A stretch of DNA of 64,000 nt. Source: Hydrolagus affinis (Eukaryota). The DNA is taken from the NCBI GenBank assembly GCA_012026655.1, contig JAAILG010001427.1:1-64000 (forward strand). The letters are read 5' to 3'. The position numbers and the translations under genes were made by a program. This document shows positions 24,030 through 36,712 of the stretch, one piece after another. The notes under the pieces are model-generated. The model saw only the letters and a list, made by a program, of their open reading frames with translations. It had not been told where the DNA came from and made no database searches. Each line of letters starts with the position of its first letter. The stretch's first letter is position 1.

Positions 24030-24545
24030 GAGCGATCAAGAGAATTCATACAGATCTGAATCAATTTAGGAAACTGCCTAAGGAGAGGCAGCCGAATATT
24101 AACATGAATAAATGTAAGATAATGGGACATTGGAACAGAAAACATGGAATCACGTTGGCACAACGAATGGAGGAAGGAAGGTGGAAAAAAAGATTTAAAG
24201 CGGAATTACTTGATCATTTGTAGTCAATATCAAGCTGTTACCAACAAAGCTAATCAAATTCTAAGGCTGCATCTTGAGGGCTTTTGTCAATAAGTCAAGA
24301 GAAAGTTATTTCAATCCTTGTATAAATTACCGACGAGGCAACATTGAGAATGTTCTAGGCACCCTACCTTCAGTACCTCTTTCGTCGACTGAGGTACCCA
24401 ATGCTCTAAATTAGGAGGGGAGGTTTGCGAGGCTGAACTTATTTTCCTTGAAAGAAAGAGGATTCAGGTGAGATATCTGTTAAGCTATTACTGAGTGAAA
24501 TAGACAATGTAGATGTAAACTGTTTTGACCTGATCTGTGAGTGAA
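24030..24545 (+). mobile_element. Highly degraded CR1 ORF2 fragment
   Basis: Relics NMNKCKIMGHW, gaaaaaaagattta (EKDL), aaagctaatcaaattcta (KANQIL), ccttgtataaa and ctgaacttattttccttgaaagaaagagg (LNLFSL..RR). Confidence 0.7.
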
Positions 24546-24679
24546 GACCCTATATGGCTTATGTTTTAGCTAGGTACCAACATGCTGGGTGATTAAATCC
24601 TTCAAAACGTAGCTGGGCAAAAATCTGATTGGGAACAAGATTGGGCCCTCAGCCATAGGTGCAGACTGTGAGTCTCAAC

Positions 24680-25060
24680 AATAACAACTTGCAATTGATA
24701 ATAGTGTCCTTCAAGGATCCTGCTTCGCTTGACAGTGGCAGAGAGTCTGACACTGAGCCAGGGGGAATGGGAGAGGTTACCATAGGCACGATTAAAATGG
24801 AAGGTATTTAGGCATGATTTGAAAGTGGTGCAAGGCGGAGAGACTGAGGGAGAGAGTTCCAGAGTTTTTAGGGGCATTTTTAGGGGCATTTTAGAGAACA
24901 ACTAAGGTGGAGTGGAGTGGACGAGGGAGAAAGAGGAGGCCGGAGCCAGCCATGTAGTGGAGGGCGGGGGAGGGGGAAACCCAGTCTTATAGGTAGTGAG
25001 TTGCGAGGGCATGAAGGGTCAATTACAGCGTAGGAGCAGGAGAATACCTGGGTTGTTTTG
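24680..25060 (-). mobile_element. Degraded L2 3' fragment
   Basis: Minus strand has FKSCLNTFHFNRAY (cf. FKAGLKTFLFDRAF) and the tail actattatcaattgcaagttgttat. Confidence 0.6.
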
Positions 25061-25361
25061 GCTGAGGAGGAGGAGGAGGAGAAGGTGGGGAAAAGAAACA
25101 GAGAGAGAGTGAGAGTGGTTCAGAGATGGCACACAATGCTTCAAACCAATGTGATGAAAACATGTTGTAAATGTTGGTGTTGAAACGCTAGCAGTGTTGT
25201 GCATTGGCATGATCAAGCTGAAGGCAAGGTGCCAGAGGAGATAACGGGGAGGCTGGCGAGGCCTGATGGAGGAACTGGGCCTATCTGCTGGAGAATCCAA
25301 CAGATGATTGCAGCATCTCCCCGAGCTAATAGTCTTTCTTCACAGTATGCGAACTGAGTAT

Positions 25362-25663
25362 GTAGAGCACCTGTAGCTCAGCTCGCCTTACAAGCATGAG
25401 ACCTGTGTTCGAATCAAGTTAGGTCAGGGCAAAACCTTGGGCAAGTTTCCTTACTCCACACGCCTGTTAATAATCAGTTCCCCCCAAAAAACTACAATAA
25501 ATTGCGACTGTTTGTGGGGACACCACTTTGTGCAACTGGCTGCCACATTTGGCCCACAAATATATACAGTCAATTCACTTTACAGTATATTCTATCAAGC
25601 GCTTTGAGACGGCTAGAAGACGTGAAAAGCGCTATATCAAATGCAAGGATTATTATTATTATT
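25362..25663 (+). mobile_element. SINE family A with deletions in the head
   Basis: ctgtagctca[del]gctcgccttacaagcatgagacctgtgttcgaatc...ccttgggcaagtttccttactccacacgcct, followed by an intact tail. Confidence 0.9.
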
Positions 25664-26845
25664 CCCACCGCCATAACCTGTGATAAATAGTAGTGTCTAC
25701 AGGGGAACTGAACCCTCTGATGTAGTATCTGATTGGGAATGATTTTAAAAAGTACTTTAAGCAGAAATCGGAAAAGAACAGCACTGTATTCATATTTTAG
25801 TATTAATCTGTGTCCGCCCAGTCAACGCGGTGACATTTATAAATCATTGTGACCCGTTAGAACAATTAATAATGAGCTTTAACATTGGGAGATAACAATG
25901 TAAAATCTTTACCAGTGCCCACACTGATCTCAAAGCTCTGTGCATTTTGAACTATGCTCCAATTTGCTCTGTGTATACATGTGTGCGAGTGTGTATGAGT
26001 TGAGTAAGGGGTCTGCTGATTGCACTTATGCATCTAAAATTCAATCTCCAAAAACTGAACGCTTTATTCACAGTCCATTGTGTTTCCAAAAATGACAGTA
26101 TTTTACGTTTCAGCAGTGCTGTACAGTACAACAATCATTTCTTCGGAAACACATCTCCAAACAAACAAAGCAGAAGCTACGGGAATGTTTTCACAGGGAA
26201 GTAAAAAAAACCCACACATAACACAACAAGCCTTGTGCTTGATTACAGCAGCTTATCGCGGTGTCGACACGTCTCAAAGCGCTTCGTAGGATTTTTTTCC
26301 TACCACGCTTAGCAAACCGCACAATTGTAGGTGAATGCGGCAGGCAAAACTTGCGCATAGCGACGTCCAGTGACCAGCTGTGAAGTGGATGACCAATTTC
26401 GTTTTATTTCACATCGCAAGGTCCTCTCAAAAACTCTGTAAGTTAAGCACTGTGATTTATTGCGTGTACTTACAAATCAGGCCGAGGACACAGAGAGATC
26501 GCAGCTGGGCTGAGTATCAATTTGCGAAACTGAACAGTAAAAAGGAAACTTGTCATTGTCTTATCTTCTGGTGTGCCCTGGCACACTGCTCCTTCCTTGG
26601 AAACAGTCACATCATAACATAATTTTACCAGAGAACAATTCCAGAGAATTTGGACGCATCAAAATTGGAATTATTTGGCCGTCATCTTCCACCCTAATTG
26701 GGAATCCGCCTAAAACAGTCCACCCTTCTCTCGAACTCCCATCGCAAGAGTCCCTCTGACTCACGCCCTGCCTCCTCTCTGTCAAACGTACTCCTTTAAC
26801 CACGCTTTGGGACCTTTCCCCACCCGCCCACCACCACTTAGCTCA

Positions 26846-26910
26846 CAGTGAAGCACTTTGGGACATCCTCTCAACGTGAAAGACACAACATAAATGATAA
26901 TTGTATTGTA
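26846..26910 (+). mobile_element. L2/SINE tail fragment
   Basis: gtgaagcactttgggacatcctctcaacgtgaaagacac. Confidence 0.6.
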
Positions 26911-28111
26911 GATTATGTGTTATACATTTGCGGCGTGTCTGTCTCCTTGTGATGTGTGTCTCTGAGGGTAATGTTTCGGAAAGTCAGTTGGTGTGTCAGG
27001 AAGTGGGACATTCGGATCAGTTTAACCATAAGAATCACATGGTTGAATTGTAGCGTTTGTGAAAACTTGGAGGTTTTGACATACTTTTGATCAAAATCTC
27101 CAGCAAAAACCACTGAGTAACACCAACAGACAAACACATACGTATACACACACACAGAATTATTATATGCAGCAGAAAACTGTATCCTATAAGGCAAAAA
27201 ATCTACATCTTCAAGGCCATGGTGTGTGTGTTTGTGTGTGTGTGTGAAAAAGGCTTTCAAACTCGGTGCAAATAAAGGGATAATTTGGACTCCCCATTTC
27301 AAAATAGTCCTTGTTCTTTCCCACTGCCTGAGACATCGATCGCTGCATCACTTGTGAATGCGTTTGGCCAGATATGCACAAGACTGAACCAGTGGGAAGA
27401 GGCTCGAGAGAGGCTCGGGAGAGATAGAGAGAGAGAGAGAAAAATAAGTAAAGAAGTGGAAGGACTGAAGAATGCCAACATGATCTCATGTCGGTACAAA
27501 ATTAGCCTGCATCGAGATAAATGGGCTTTTGATTGGCCTCAAATGAGATTTCAATGCGTCACCGATGTGTTAAAAACATCCCAGAGGGAATCTTTCTGGC
27601 CACATATATGAGAATCTAGTGCAGAAACTGAAAACAGCTGACCTCTTAAACTGCATCCCGTACTCTTAGCTGTACCAGCACAGCGAAAAGTCTTAATCAG
27701 CAAGAATTGTGGCACGCACCCTCCCTCTCATCCCTCCTTTTTCTCTCTCTCTCTCTCTGCGGGTGAATTTGTACTTTCTACGATTCAGTACACAAACAAA
27801 TATTGATTTTGGCTGCTTTAACATTATCCTAGTGGTGAATTGTTATGGTTTCCACATGTGGTGAGTATGCACCATATTGACACATTACAGGCAGTGCGTG
27901 TTAAATCTCTCTCTCAAAGTGACATCAATCGCGATTTGAAGAAGAGTTATCGAACTTTATTATGACCAGTCTTAACAGAGGAGTGGGGGGTTGGGGGTGG
28001 TGGTTGGGGGGTTGGGGAGGTTTGGTTTCTTACCCACCGCACTGAAGTTATCATAAGCAATAAATTATTGTGGAATGGGGGGGTGGGGGGGGAGGTGGGG
28101 GGGGGGGGAGT

Positions 28112-28368
28112 GTGGCGCTCCTGTAGCTCAGTGGTTAAGAGCACTCGCCTTACAAGCGTGAGACCTGTGTTCGAATCCAGGCACATCAGGGCGAAACCTT
28201 GGGCAAGTTTCCATACTCCACACACACACACACACACACATGCCTAATAATAATCCAAAAATACACAATAATAAAAATCGGCCTTTTTCAATCCACGACT
28301 GTTTGTGGGGACACTGCTGTGCACAATAGGATGCCGCATTTTTGCCCACAAATATACAGTCAATTCAC
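28112..28368 (+). mobile_element. SINE family A (3' truncated) with an internal (CA)n
   Basis: Head with A box TAGCTCAGTGG and B box GTTCGAATCC. The body runs to tacagtcaattcac. Confidence 0.88.
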
Positions 28369-28591
28369 AATGTCAGTTCGACCTTCTCCTCAGTTACAGG
28401 AAAGAGGTTGGTGTGATTCAACTTCCGTTAGTAAAGAATTGCATTTTTTTTAAAAACACAAATACTACAATCTTAAGACGCTCATCATAGCTCTCAAATG
28501 TTTTGAGTAAAAATGATCTAAATGCCCTGCTTGGCTGTGCTTTGTACTCCATGGGCACAAAGAAAGGCTTTTGATCAGAAATGATTTTGAT

Positions 28592-28826
28592 CAATAACAA
28601 CAACAACAACAATATAACAACTTGCATTTATATAGAGCCCTTCACAAGGGGCAGTGACTTGGAATCCTGAGTGAAAGAGCATGATTATATATAATATATA
28701 TTCACACACATGTTTCACCCATATATATAGTCAATTTGCCTTACAGCATACACTGTGAAGCACTTTGAGACGTCTAGAAGACATGAAAAGCGCTATATCA
28801 AATGTAAAGAGTGTAGTATTAGTATT
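28592..28826. mobile_element. Minus-strand L2-type tail (~28592-28646) and plus-strand SINE A tail (~28710-28826)
   Basis: caacaac...cttgcatttatatagagcccttcac, and tgtgaagcactttgagacgtctagaagacatgaaaagcgctatatcaaatg. Confidence 0.75.
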
Positions 28827-29302
28827 GTGGCATGTGTAACAGGGCTAGAATTTAATCTTGTCAAGGTATAAGGCTTGTCTGAAAACCTAACTGCTAGAGG
28901 ATAGGCTAACACACTCATTTAAACTCCTCACGACATTCACACCGCAGTGAACTAACTGTTAAAAGTCTGTTTCCCCCTTTCTAAGATGCTGCCGTGTGTA
29001 TGTGTGTGTGTGTATGTGTGTGTGTGTGTGTGACATCACCAGTACATCTCTGTTATCGGGTGGGGGGAAAGCAAAGCTCTCTAGCAGGAGCCACAATCCA
29101 CAGCAGCCCACACTGCAATACTTAACTCATAAATCTTCCAGCTCCTTTTTTTTCCCTTCTCTCTCTCTCTCTCTCTCAGCCTCTGTTGCGAATGTATTTG
29201 TGTGTGTGTGTGTGTGTGTGAATGTATGTGTGTGGGAATCTCACTGAAGACTCATTACATATGAGCTCTAGGCCACCAACATCTTTACCTCCCAAGCTCC
29301 TA

Positions 29303-30020
<718 letters not shown>

Positions 30021-30029
30021 AATATTTAT

Positions 30030-30455
30030 GTGAAGTACTGTAGCTTAGTGGTTAGAGCACTCGCCTCACAAGCAAGAGACCTGGGTTTGATTCAACAACA
30101 ACAACAAAATTGCACTTATATAGCGCCTTTCACGTCGGGAGGACGTCCCAAAGCACTGATTCCTGGGCAAAACATTGGGTAAGTTCCCTTACTCCACATG
30201 TCTCTGTTTACCTAGCAACTAAGTAGGAATCTAGTTTTTAGTCGATTGGTGGATCACTTTTACTGGGGTAATAAAGAATTCCTTCAAAAAAAATGGTCAC
30301 TCAATCCACGTCTGTTTGAGGGATTTTGGCCACTGCGTTTCACCCACAAAATCTACAGTCAATTCACTTTACAGTCTATTCTGTGAAGAGCTTTGAGATG
30401 TCTCAAAGCCTTGATAAGGTGTTTTTTATCAAATACAAGGATTATCATTATTATA
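30030..30455 (+). mobile_element. SINE family A long-body variant, interrupted in its B box
   Basis: Head gtgaagtactgtagcttagtggttagagcactcgcc and long body tctctgtttacctagcaactaagtaggaatc...agtcgattg. Interrupted at 30094-30156. Confidence 0.88.
30094..30156 (-). mobile_element. 63-bp L2 tail-only retro-insertion with a 6-bp target-site duplication
   Basis: TGATTC at 30088-30093 and 30157-30162 flanks the minus-strand sequence gtgctttgggacgtcctcccgacgtgaaaggcgctatataagtgcaattttgttgttgttgtt. Confidence 0.9.
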
Positions 30456-30889
30456 TTGCCACTACCTTTGTAGATTTGTGCATATACAGACAGCCTAAGG
30501 CAAGATCTAAATCTGTTTAGCCTTGGGCACAAGTAGAATTAAGCAAGACACGATGCCAAGACTGAATAATCATTAACCACAGGACATAGTCATGTAATTG
30601 ACATTCTTTTACATACTGTGACATTTGCAATAGAACCTGTTATGCCATTTGCATTAAGCTTGCACTTGTATTTAAATAACCATTAGGAATTCTAATACCG
30701 GGTACTGGAATTAAAAGTCTCTTTTATTCTTATGCTTAAACCTTATTCACAGACTTCCTGAGGAATTCAGCCCTCTAAAAGAGCAGATTTGGGCGAGTAC
30801 ATCATTAGGGGACCATTTCAGTGAGCATTATTCATTGTCCTTGGTGATATGGGCCACACTTTGTGATAAGATATCTTGAAATTTACATT

Positions 30890-30979
30890 TATATTCTTAC
30901 ACCGTATATTCTGTGAAGCGCTCTGAGATGTCTAGAAGACATAAACAGCGCTATATCAAATGCAATTATTATTATTATT
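30890..30979 (+). mobile_element. SINE family A tail fragment
   Basis: gtatattctgtgaagcgctctgagatgtctagaagacataaacagcgctatatcaaatgc followed by (att)n. Confidence 0.8.
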
Positions 30980-31413
30980 GGCAAAGGTGCTAATCAGTTC
31001 TTTGGGGGGTGCTAGAGAGAAGGACTTTCTTGAGATTTGCATCTTGTTGGCTCTATGGGATGTGTGTGCATGTGTGTGGGGAGGGGGACCTTGTGACCCA
31101 AACTATTCTGTTCATAATCACGTGTTGCAAGTGCACAAAGCCAAAACACTGATACAATGCAACCAGCGAAGCAGGTTTCAACGCACATCTCTATCTCCCA
31201 TCGCCTTCCCCAACAACAGTCCAGAGACATGAAACCAAGACTCCAATCCATATTTTCATGATGATGTTTCTGCATGAAATGGGTTCCAATGAAAGACACC
31301 TATCACAGGTAATAGTTATTGACCTCCATATCCAACCCTCTGTGTTGGGAGGAAAATATGTTGCAGCCAACATTACACACTGAGAGACAGGGTAAAAATA
31401 TTCCTTATATCCT

Positions 31414-31481
31414 TGACTGTCCAGCGCCTTGGGAAGCCCTCCTGACGTGAAGGCGCTATACAAATGTAATTTGTTGTTGTT
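31414..31481 (+). mobile_element. L2 tail-only insertion abutting a DeuSINE tail-to-tail
   Basis: tgactgtccagcgccttgggaagccctcctgacgtgaaggcgctatacaaatgtaatttgttgttgtt. Confidence 0.82.
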
Positions 31482-31757
31482 ACATTTGATATAAGCAACT
31501 TTCACCTTGGGTGGACCTCTCTTCAGATCTTCACAGGGTTTTAATGCAAAGCGTAGTGACTGCGTAATTTGTAGACCGCCAATTTGTACACAGCAATGTC
31601 CCACAATCAGCCACGATGTGAGCGACCAGTTTCATGTGTTGGCCAGTTCACCAAGAGAAGCTGCCTTTCTCTTTCCCAATAGGACCATGAGACTCTTTCA
31701 ACAGGCTCCCTGAACAGACAGGCGAGATCTCGGTTTAATGTATCATCCAAAAGATGG
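31482..31757 (-). mobile_element. DeuSINE, degraded
   Basis: Minus strand: ccatcttttggatgatacattaaaccgagatctcgcctgtctgttcaggg...ctggccaacac...ggctgattgtgggacattgctgtgtacaaattggcg. Confidence 0.78.
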
Positions 31758-32632
31758 AGGGTAGAACTCAGGGGAGATAAATAAAGCCCCCTTTCTGTCT
31801 CACTTGGTCACTGCCTGAACCAAACCACATGGATGATTAGTGGATAAAATGGAGAGAAGTTGGTATCATATGTCCCACTTAAACTAGCGTCAATTGAGCT
31901 ACAGGCAAGTAGAACAGGTTTTACTGGATTTCAGTCCCTTCTTCGCAAAGCCTGAGGCTAAACTGTAATCTATCAGTCAGATTTACAACCATGCAATACA
32001 GTATTTAAAGAATGTTAGTGGGAAGCTTGCCTACAGCCCTTCCCACTCCCCCACCCTCCCATCTCTCTCTCTCTCCCTCCCTTCTTCCTTCCATCCAGGA
32101 CTTATTTGCATCTAGCATTTGTCAGACAGTATCTGTTTTTACCCAGTGATGTTGTGTAGGCGTAAACACATGCAGAACGCACCAAATGCTTTTATTAAAC
32201 AATTTAGGCTATTATCACTTTGACTGCCGTGACTGTGAGTGATTGTTAATGAGGGGGAGGCGATAGGCAGAGGCCACGGAAGAAATCTTTAACTTTTGCC
32301 AATTTCTTTGCGTCCTCCCCAGTTTGGCATAAAATGCAGATGTTGCAAACACAAGAGCTCAGCTATGTGCACAGAACCTTCACTGTTTGCTGGTAACAAA
32401 CGCAGTTTACAAGTGACAGAAAGAAAGAAATGCAAATGTGGATGGAGTGACCTGGAGCCAAGCAACACACAAGCGAGCAAAGTTTGCACGGTGATTCACG
32501 GTGTCCCAGTGAGCAATAATAGGTGTTGCGTTCCACCTTGACTATCCACCGCTGAAAGTCTGCGTGCTGAGGCTCTCAAGAGATCAGATCGCAAGAGAGA
32601 TTTTTTTTTGGGGGGGGGGTAATAGAGAGAGC

Positions 32633-32900
32633 TCTTTGGCCCATTTCACCCCTCCAGAAATATCAGGACTCAGCCTTTAGTCCCATCGCAGCATCAAAAC
32701 TGGTTCATAAAACTGGGTCAATAAACAAGTCCAGTGTCCTGGCTTCCACCGCCTTCTTGGCAACTCAGTTCGAACGTTGATTAAATTCCTGGTGCGTTTG
32801 GGATAAACTCTCCCTTCACGTCTCTGAACCTGTGCTCTCCTGTCATGTTGCCTATTTGACTATCTGAAAAAGTATAGTTTCTTTTTCCAAATCCCTTTTT
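32633..32900 (-). mobile_element. Degraded CR1 3' end
   Basis: ggcccatttcaccc and ggcttccaccgccttcttggcaactcagttc resemble the reverse complement of a CR1 tail. Confidence 0.5.
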
Positions 32901-34664
32901 GCCCAGGCAAAGGTACACCTTTGTGAGATCCACTGCGAAATGCCTCAACTCTAGTCCTTATAAGTTAGTTACACATTCCTTGCAACTCATCGCTCTAGCC
33001 TTGGGGATCGGCCTTGAATTCTCTCCCCACACCCCCGCATCCTCTCACCCATTCACCTCCCCCCCCCTGCCCCCACCACCACCATCCCCGCTACCTCTGA
33101 GGAACCTTGCCAAACTTCTCCCATTTCCAATTCAATAAACTGGATCTTTCGAAATAGCCTCTTGAGCTGTTGGAAGTTAACTGTGAACCAAGTAGAGGTG
33201 ACACCTGAAGGAATAGCCTCACTCTTTATTTCTCTTGAGATCTTGTAGCAGTGATCCATCTCTGATGTAATATTATTTATAGTTTGTTCCATCATACAGA
33301 GGCTGTAGGAAACATCGTTTCTGCGTGACGACCTCACATTTTTTTTGCAATGCTCCCAACGACAATGTTGCAGAGAGCCTGCCTACTCCGATTACTAAGT
33401 TCAGACATGTATTATCTTAATCTATAAAACCGTGACATTTATAGATACCAGGAAATTTTGCTCCCCTTAGGTTGCGCATTTGCCTGCCAAGTGCAATAAA
33501 TTGTTTCTGTTGCGAGAGGGTTGTTGATGATGACAAACATTTCTCCGAAGCAGTAAACTTTAAACACAAGTAAATGGAAAGGACCTTTATGTACATAATT
33601 TTACCTGTCTTTTATTTTATCACAGCCTGTGGGATGCTGGGGAGGAGGGAGCCTGGGTGGGGGGGAATTATTGCTTTCTTTGCTGCATTGGTGTTATTGT
33701 AAACGGTTGAAAGACTGCGTAACTTGAATGGCAGTGCCAGTGCCCATGAACCGGAAGTTCATGGGCACTGCCAAGCATCAGCGCTGAGATGAAACATTTA
33801 TTGGGGGTAAGAAGTTGGGAGGTTTGTTACTAATAATGATAACTAATACACAACAACAACTTTCATTTATACAGCCCCACTTATACAGGGGGGGAGGGTG
33901 GGGCTGAAGATCATTTTTTAATTATTAAATAATTTTTAAAAGATGGGTTTTTGAAAGGTGAGGTGGGGGGGAACAAAAGCGGATGAATTTTGGAAGCGAT
34001 TTAATGATGTTCTATTTAAATCTCTCTTCTGGAAGCCGGAGAAGGTTTTTTTTTAATAGCTCCAAGACCACAATCTGCACTGCAAATAGCCAAAGGGAGA
34101 AATTTGGGTGATCTATTTGCTGGTAAAATTATGGGTAGAATACCAAAGCTCTTGACTGAGATTAGACAATACAATATAAAGTCACCAACGCACCAACTTT
34201 TTCAACTTTTGAAAGTAGAGTTGATACAGTTCACTTTACATCTGCCTTTGTAAAAAAAATCAATTACAGTAAAGACCACCTCCTTGAGCTAGATATTCAG
34301 CTGACTAACATCTGTTGTTGTTGTTGTCTATAATAAACACATCTTTAGCTTTAAACTTGAGTTACACTGTGTTAATTTGATGGCATTAAATTGACCCAAA
34401 GTATATATACACTATAATATCATAAATATATTTACAGACACATATATGTATATGCACTGTATATATAATCTCGGTTTAGGTAGTAAATCAAGATATAGCT
34501 CAATGTTCCTTGCGAATATAGGTAACAAAATGGTGCCACATTATTCCAAATTCAAAATGTATTTTTTTTACATGGAACACAAAGGTTTCCTCTATTGATA
34601 CCATCCAGAGGTTTCAATTACGTTCACTTTTACTAATGAATCACAGATGTACTTCTTAAAAAGC

Positions 34665-34830
34665 CATGTGTGTGTGTGTGTTTGAGGGTGAGTGTGCATG
34701 TGTGTGTGTGTGTGCGCGCGCACGTGCTTGGGCTGAGATCTGTGGTCTGTGTGTTTATGGGGTGGTGTGTGTGCATGTGTGTCTATGTGCATGTGCCTGA
34801 ATGTATCTGTCTGTTTGTGTCTGTGCGTGG
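34665..34830. repeat. Compound (TG)n/(CG)n microsatellite, potential Z-DNA
   Basis: Alternating purine-pyrimidine run including tgtgtgtgcgcgcgcacgtgc. Confidence 0.8.
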
Positions 34831-35796
34831 GTGAGGGGAAAGATGTGTTTTGTACCTAGACGAGTGGGTGTGGTTGCTCGTTTGTGGGTGAGATGAGAAT
34901 GAAAACTGGTAAAGCAAAATAAGCCTTTGTTCAGTCCTAACTATGTTGACATCAGGTCATCCTAAAATAGCATTCTTCACACTGCAGATATTCAGCAGTT
35001 TTTACGACCCCATTGCTCTCTCTCGTGCACACACACACATACAAGTTCGGACTCACAGTACTTTTAGAACTTTCTGTTTGGGTTTTACAGTCTTTTTAGA
35101 CTTTTCGATTCCTCCTTTTATCCTGTCAATAAAAACATTTTTTCCCAAACACCAGGAGTGTGGTTTGGCCTTTCTCTCGTTATGTATATATAATTCTTCA
35201 ACCTTTACACACACACTACTCTCACACACACAATTCCAGTTACTGGCTATTAAAAAGCAGAGCAGGAAATCTCCCAAACTTGGGAGCTTCCTTGCAATCA
35301 ATGTCATCAAGTGAAGTCGGCCAGATTCAATGCCAATTCGACTTCCTGCATTGCCGTCCAATGCTGATTTTATAACCCTGCGGATTTTTTTTTATTAAAA
35401 TGGACCACCGTGTTACTAATACAACTCCAATGTTACTTACTTGCACAGCTTTCCTTTCTTCTTTAAAGGGATACACAGCTACCCAATGAGCTGTCGAATG
35501 AGTGGTCCGGAAAGTATGATGGGTGTCTTGCTTAGTAATGGGGCGGAGAGGTTTAGGGAGAGGGTTTTTTTTGAACACAAGAGATCAATCCCCAATTACC
35601 AAAGCTTTCCTGTAATTTGGGCAAACATGACTTGACTGCATTCCCCAAAGCACAGGACGTATGGTTGGAAAAAACCAGCCACGTCCTCACCTCCAGAGAG
35701 GCAAGATTGCACACGCATATCCTCAACCATTTTGTGCGCCAACATTGTAAAGTAATACTGTAAATGGCCAGGAAATGAGCCAATTCCACTGCCTAA

Positions 35797-35890
35797 CATC
35801 AGGGAACCAGATCCAGTCACACCAGTGAACCATTGGGAACCAGATATAGTCACACAAGTGAAATAACATCAATGGGAACCAGATGAACAG
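35797..35890. repeat. Minisatellite, about 2.7 copies of a 34-36 bp unit
   Basis: catcagggaaccagatccagtcacaccagtgaac / cattgggaaccagatatagtcacacaagtgaaataa / catcaatgggaaccagatgaacag. Confidence 0.85.
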
Positions 35891-36471
35891 TATGAACATA
35901 AGATGTACTCAGACTGGAAGCAAAAAACAGTTCAAATGAAAACATGGCCACTTATGGTCAGGTGAAGGGCCCAAAGCTTTAGCTTTCCTCTCTCTACAGG
36001 AAGTGACGCTTTTCCAATACAACCATTTTAACATCTTTACTTTCTTCCGATTACTCCCCCAATACCTTCTCTCTCTCTCTCTCTCTCTGGGGCATCTGTG
36101 TGCAAGGGATTAAACTGCTTTGCGCGACTACTGCTCAACCGCGTTTTAACTTCCCTTTTTTGCCCCTGGTAAAGTCACTTTAGATTAAATGGGAGTGATT
36201 TTTAACACCAGCCAAGCAAGCTGGGGGGACGGGGGACAGGGGGACAATCCACAACACTGTGACACACAGTACAGGCTTACGAAAAGCACAATTTAATTTG
36301 CTGACGTTATTACAAAAGCCCGAATAGCTTCACTGCATCTCTCCCAATAGATTCATCGAGAGAAAGTGTGGCAATTTGGGGGAATTTTTGCCATCAGTTA
36401 AGCGTATTGTTTTGCAATGATTACATCAACAGATTCTACAGCCCCTCTCCTGATTCATACACTTGGTTTAA

Positions 36472-36712
36472 GGCATGGTGAAACCTTGGGCAAGTTTCCT
36501 TACTCCACACGGCTAATAATAATAATCCTTCAAACAAAAAATTATTATAAATTATTATTTCAATCCACGACTTGCCGTGCGCTAGTGGCTGCCGCGTTTC
36601 GCCCCACAAAATATACAGTCAATTCACTTTACAGTGCAACCTGTGAAGCTCTTTGAGACACAGTCTAGAAGTGGTGAAAAGCAGCTATTCCAAATGTAAG
36701 GATTATTACTAT
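36472..36712 (+). mobile_element. Head-less SINE family A
   Basis: gaaaccttgggcaagtttccttactccacacggctaataataataatcc, followed by the tail. Confidence 0.88.

Noticed and set aside
24864-24895. TTTTAGGGGCA repeats resembling telomeric sequence
   Set aside because: This is an 11-bp slippage duplication inside a degraded L2, not (TTAGGG)n.
35797-35890. CRISPR-like repeat-spacer array
   Set aside because: The spacers are similar to each other, there are fewer than three full units, no cas genes are present and the context is eukaryotic.
35985-36175. Plus-strand acceptor tttcctctctctacag|G as a second antisense exon
   Set aside because: The downstream donor is weak and the interval contains a (CT)n microsatellite, so support is insufficient.
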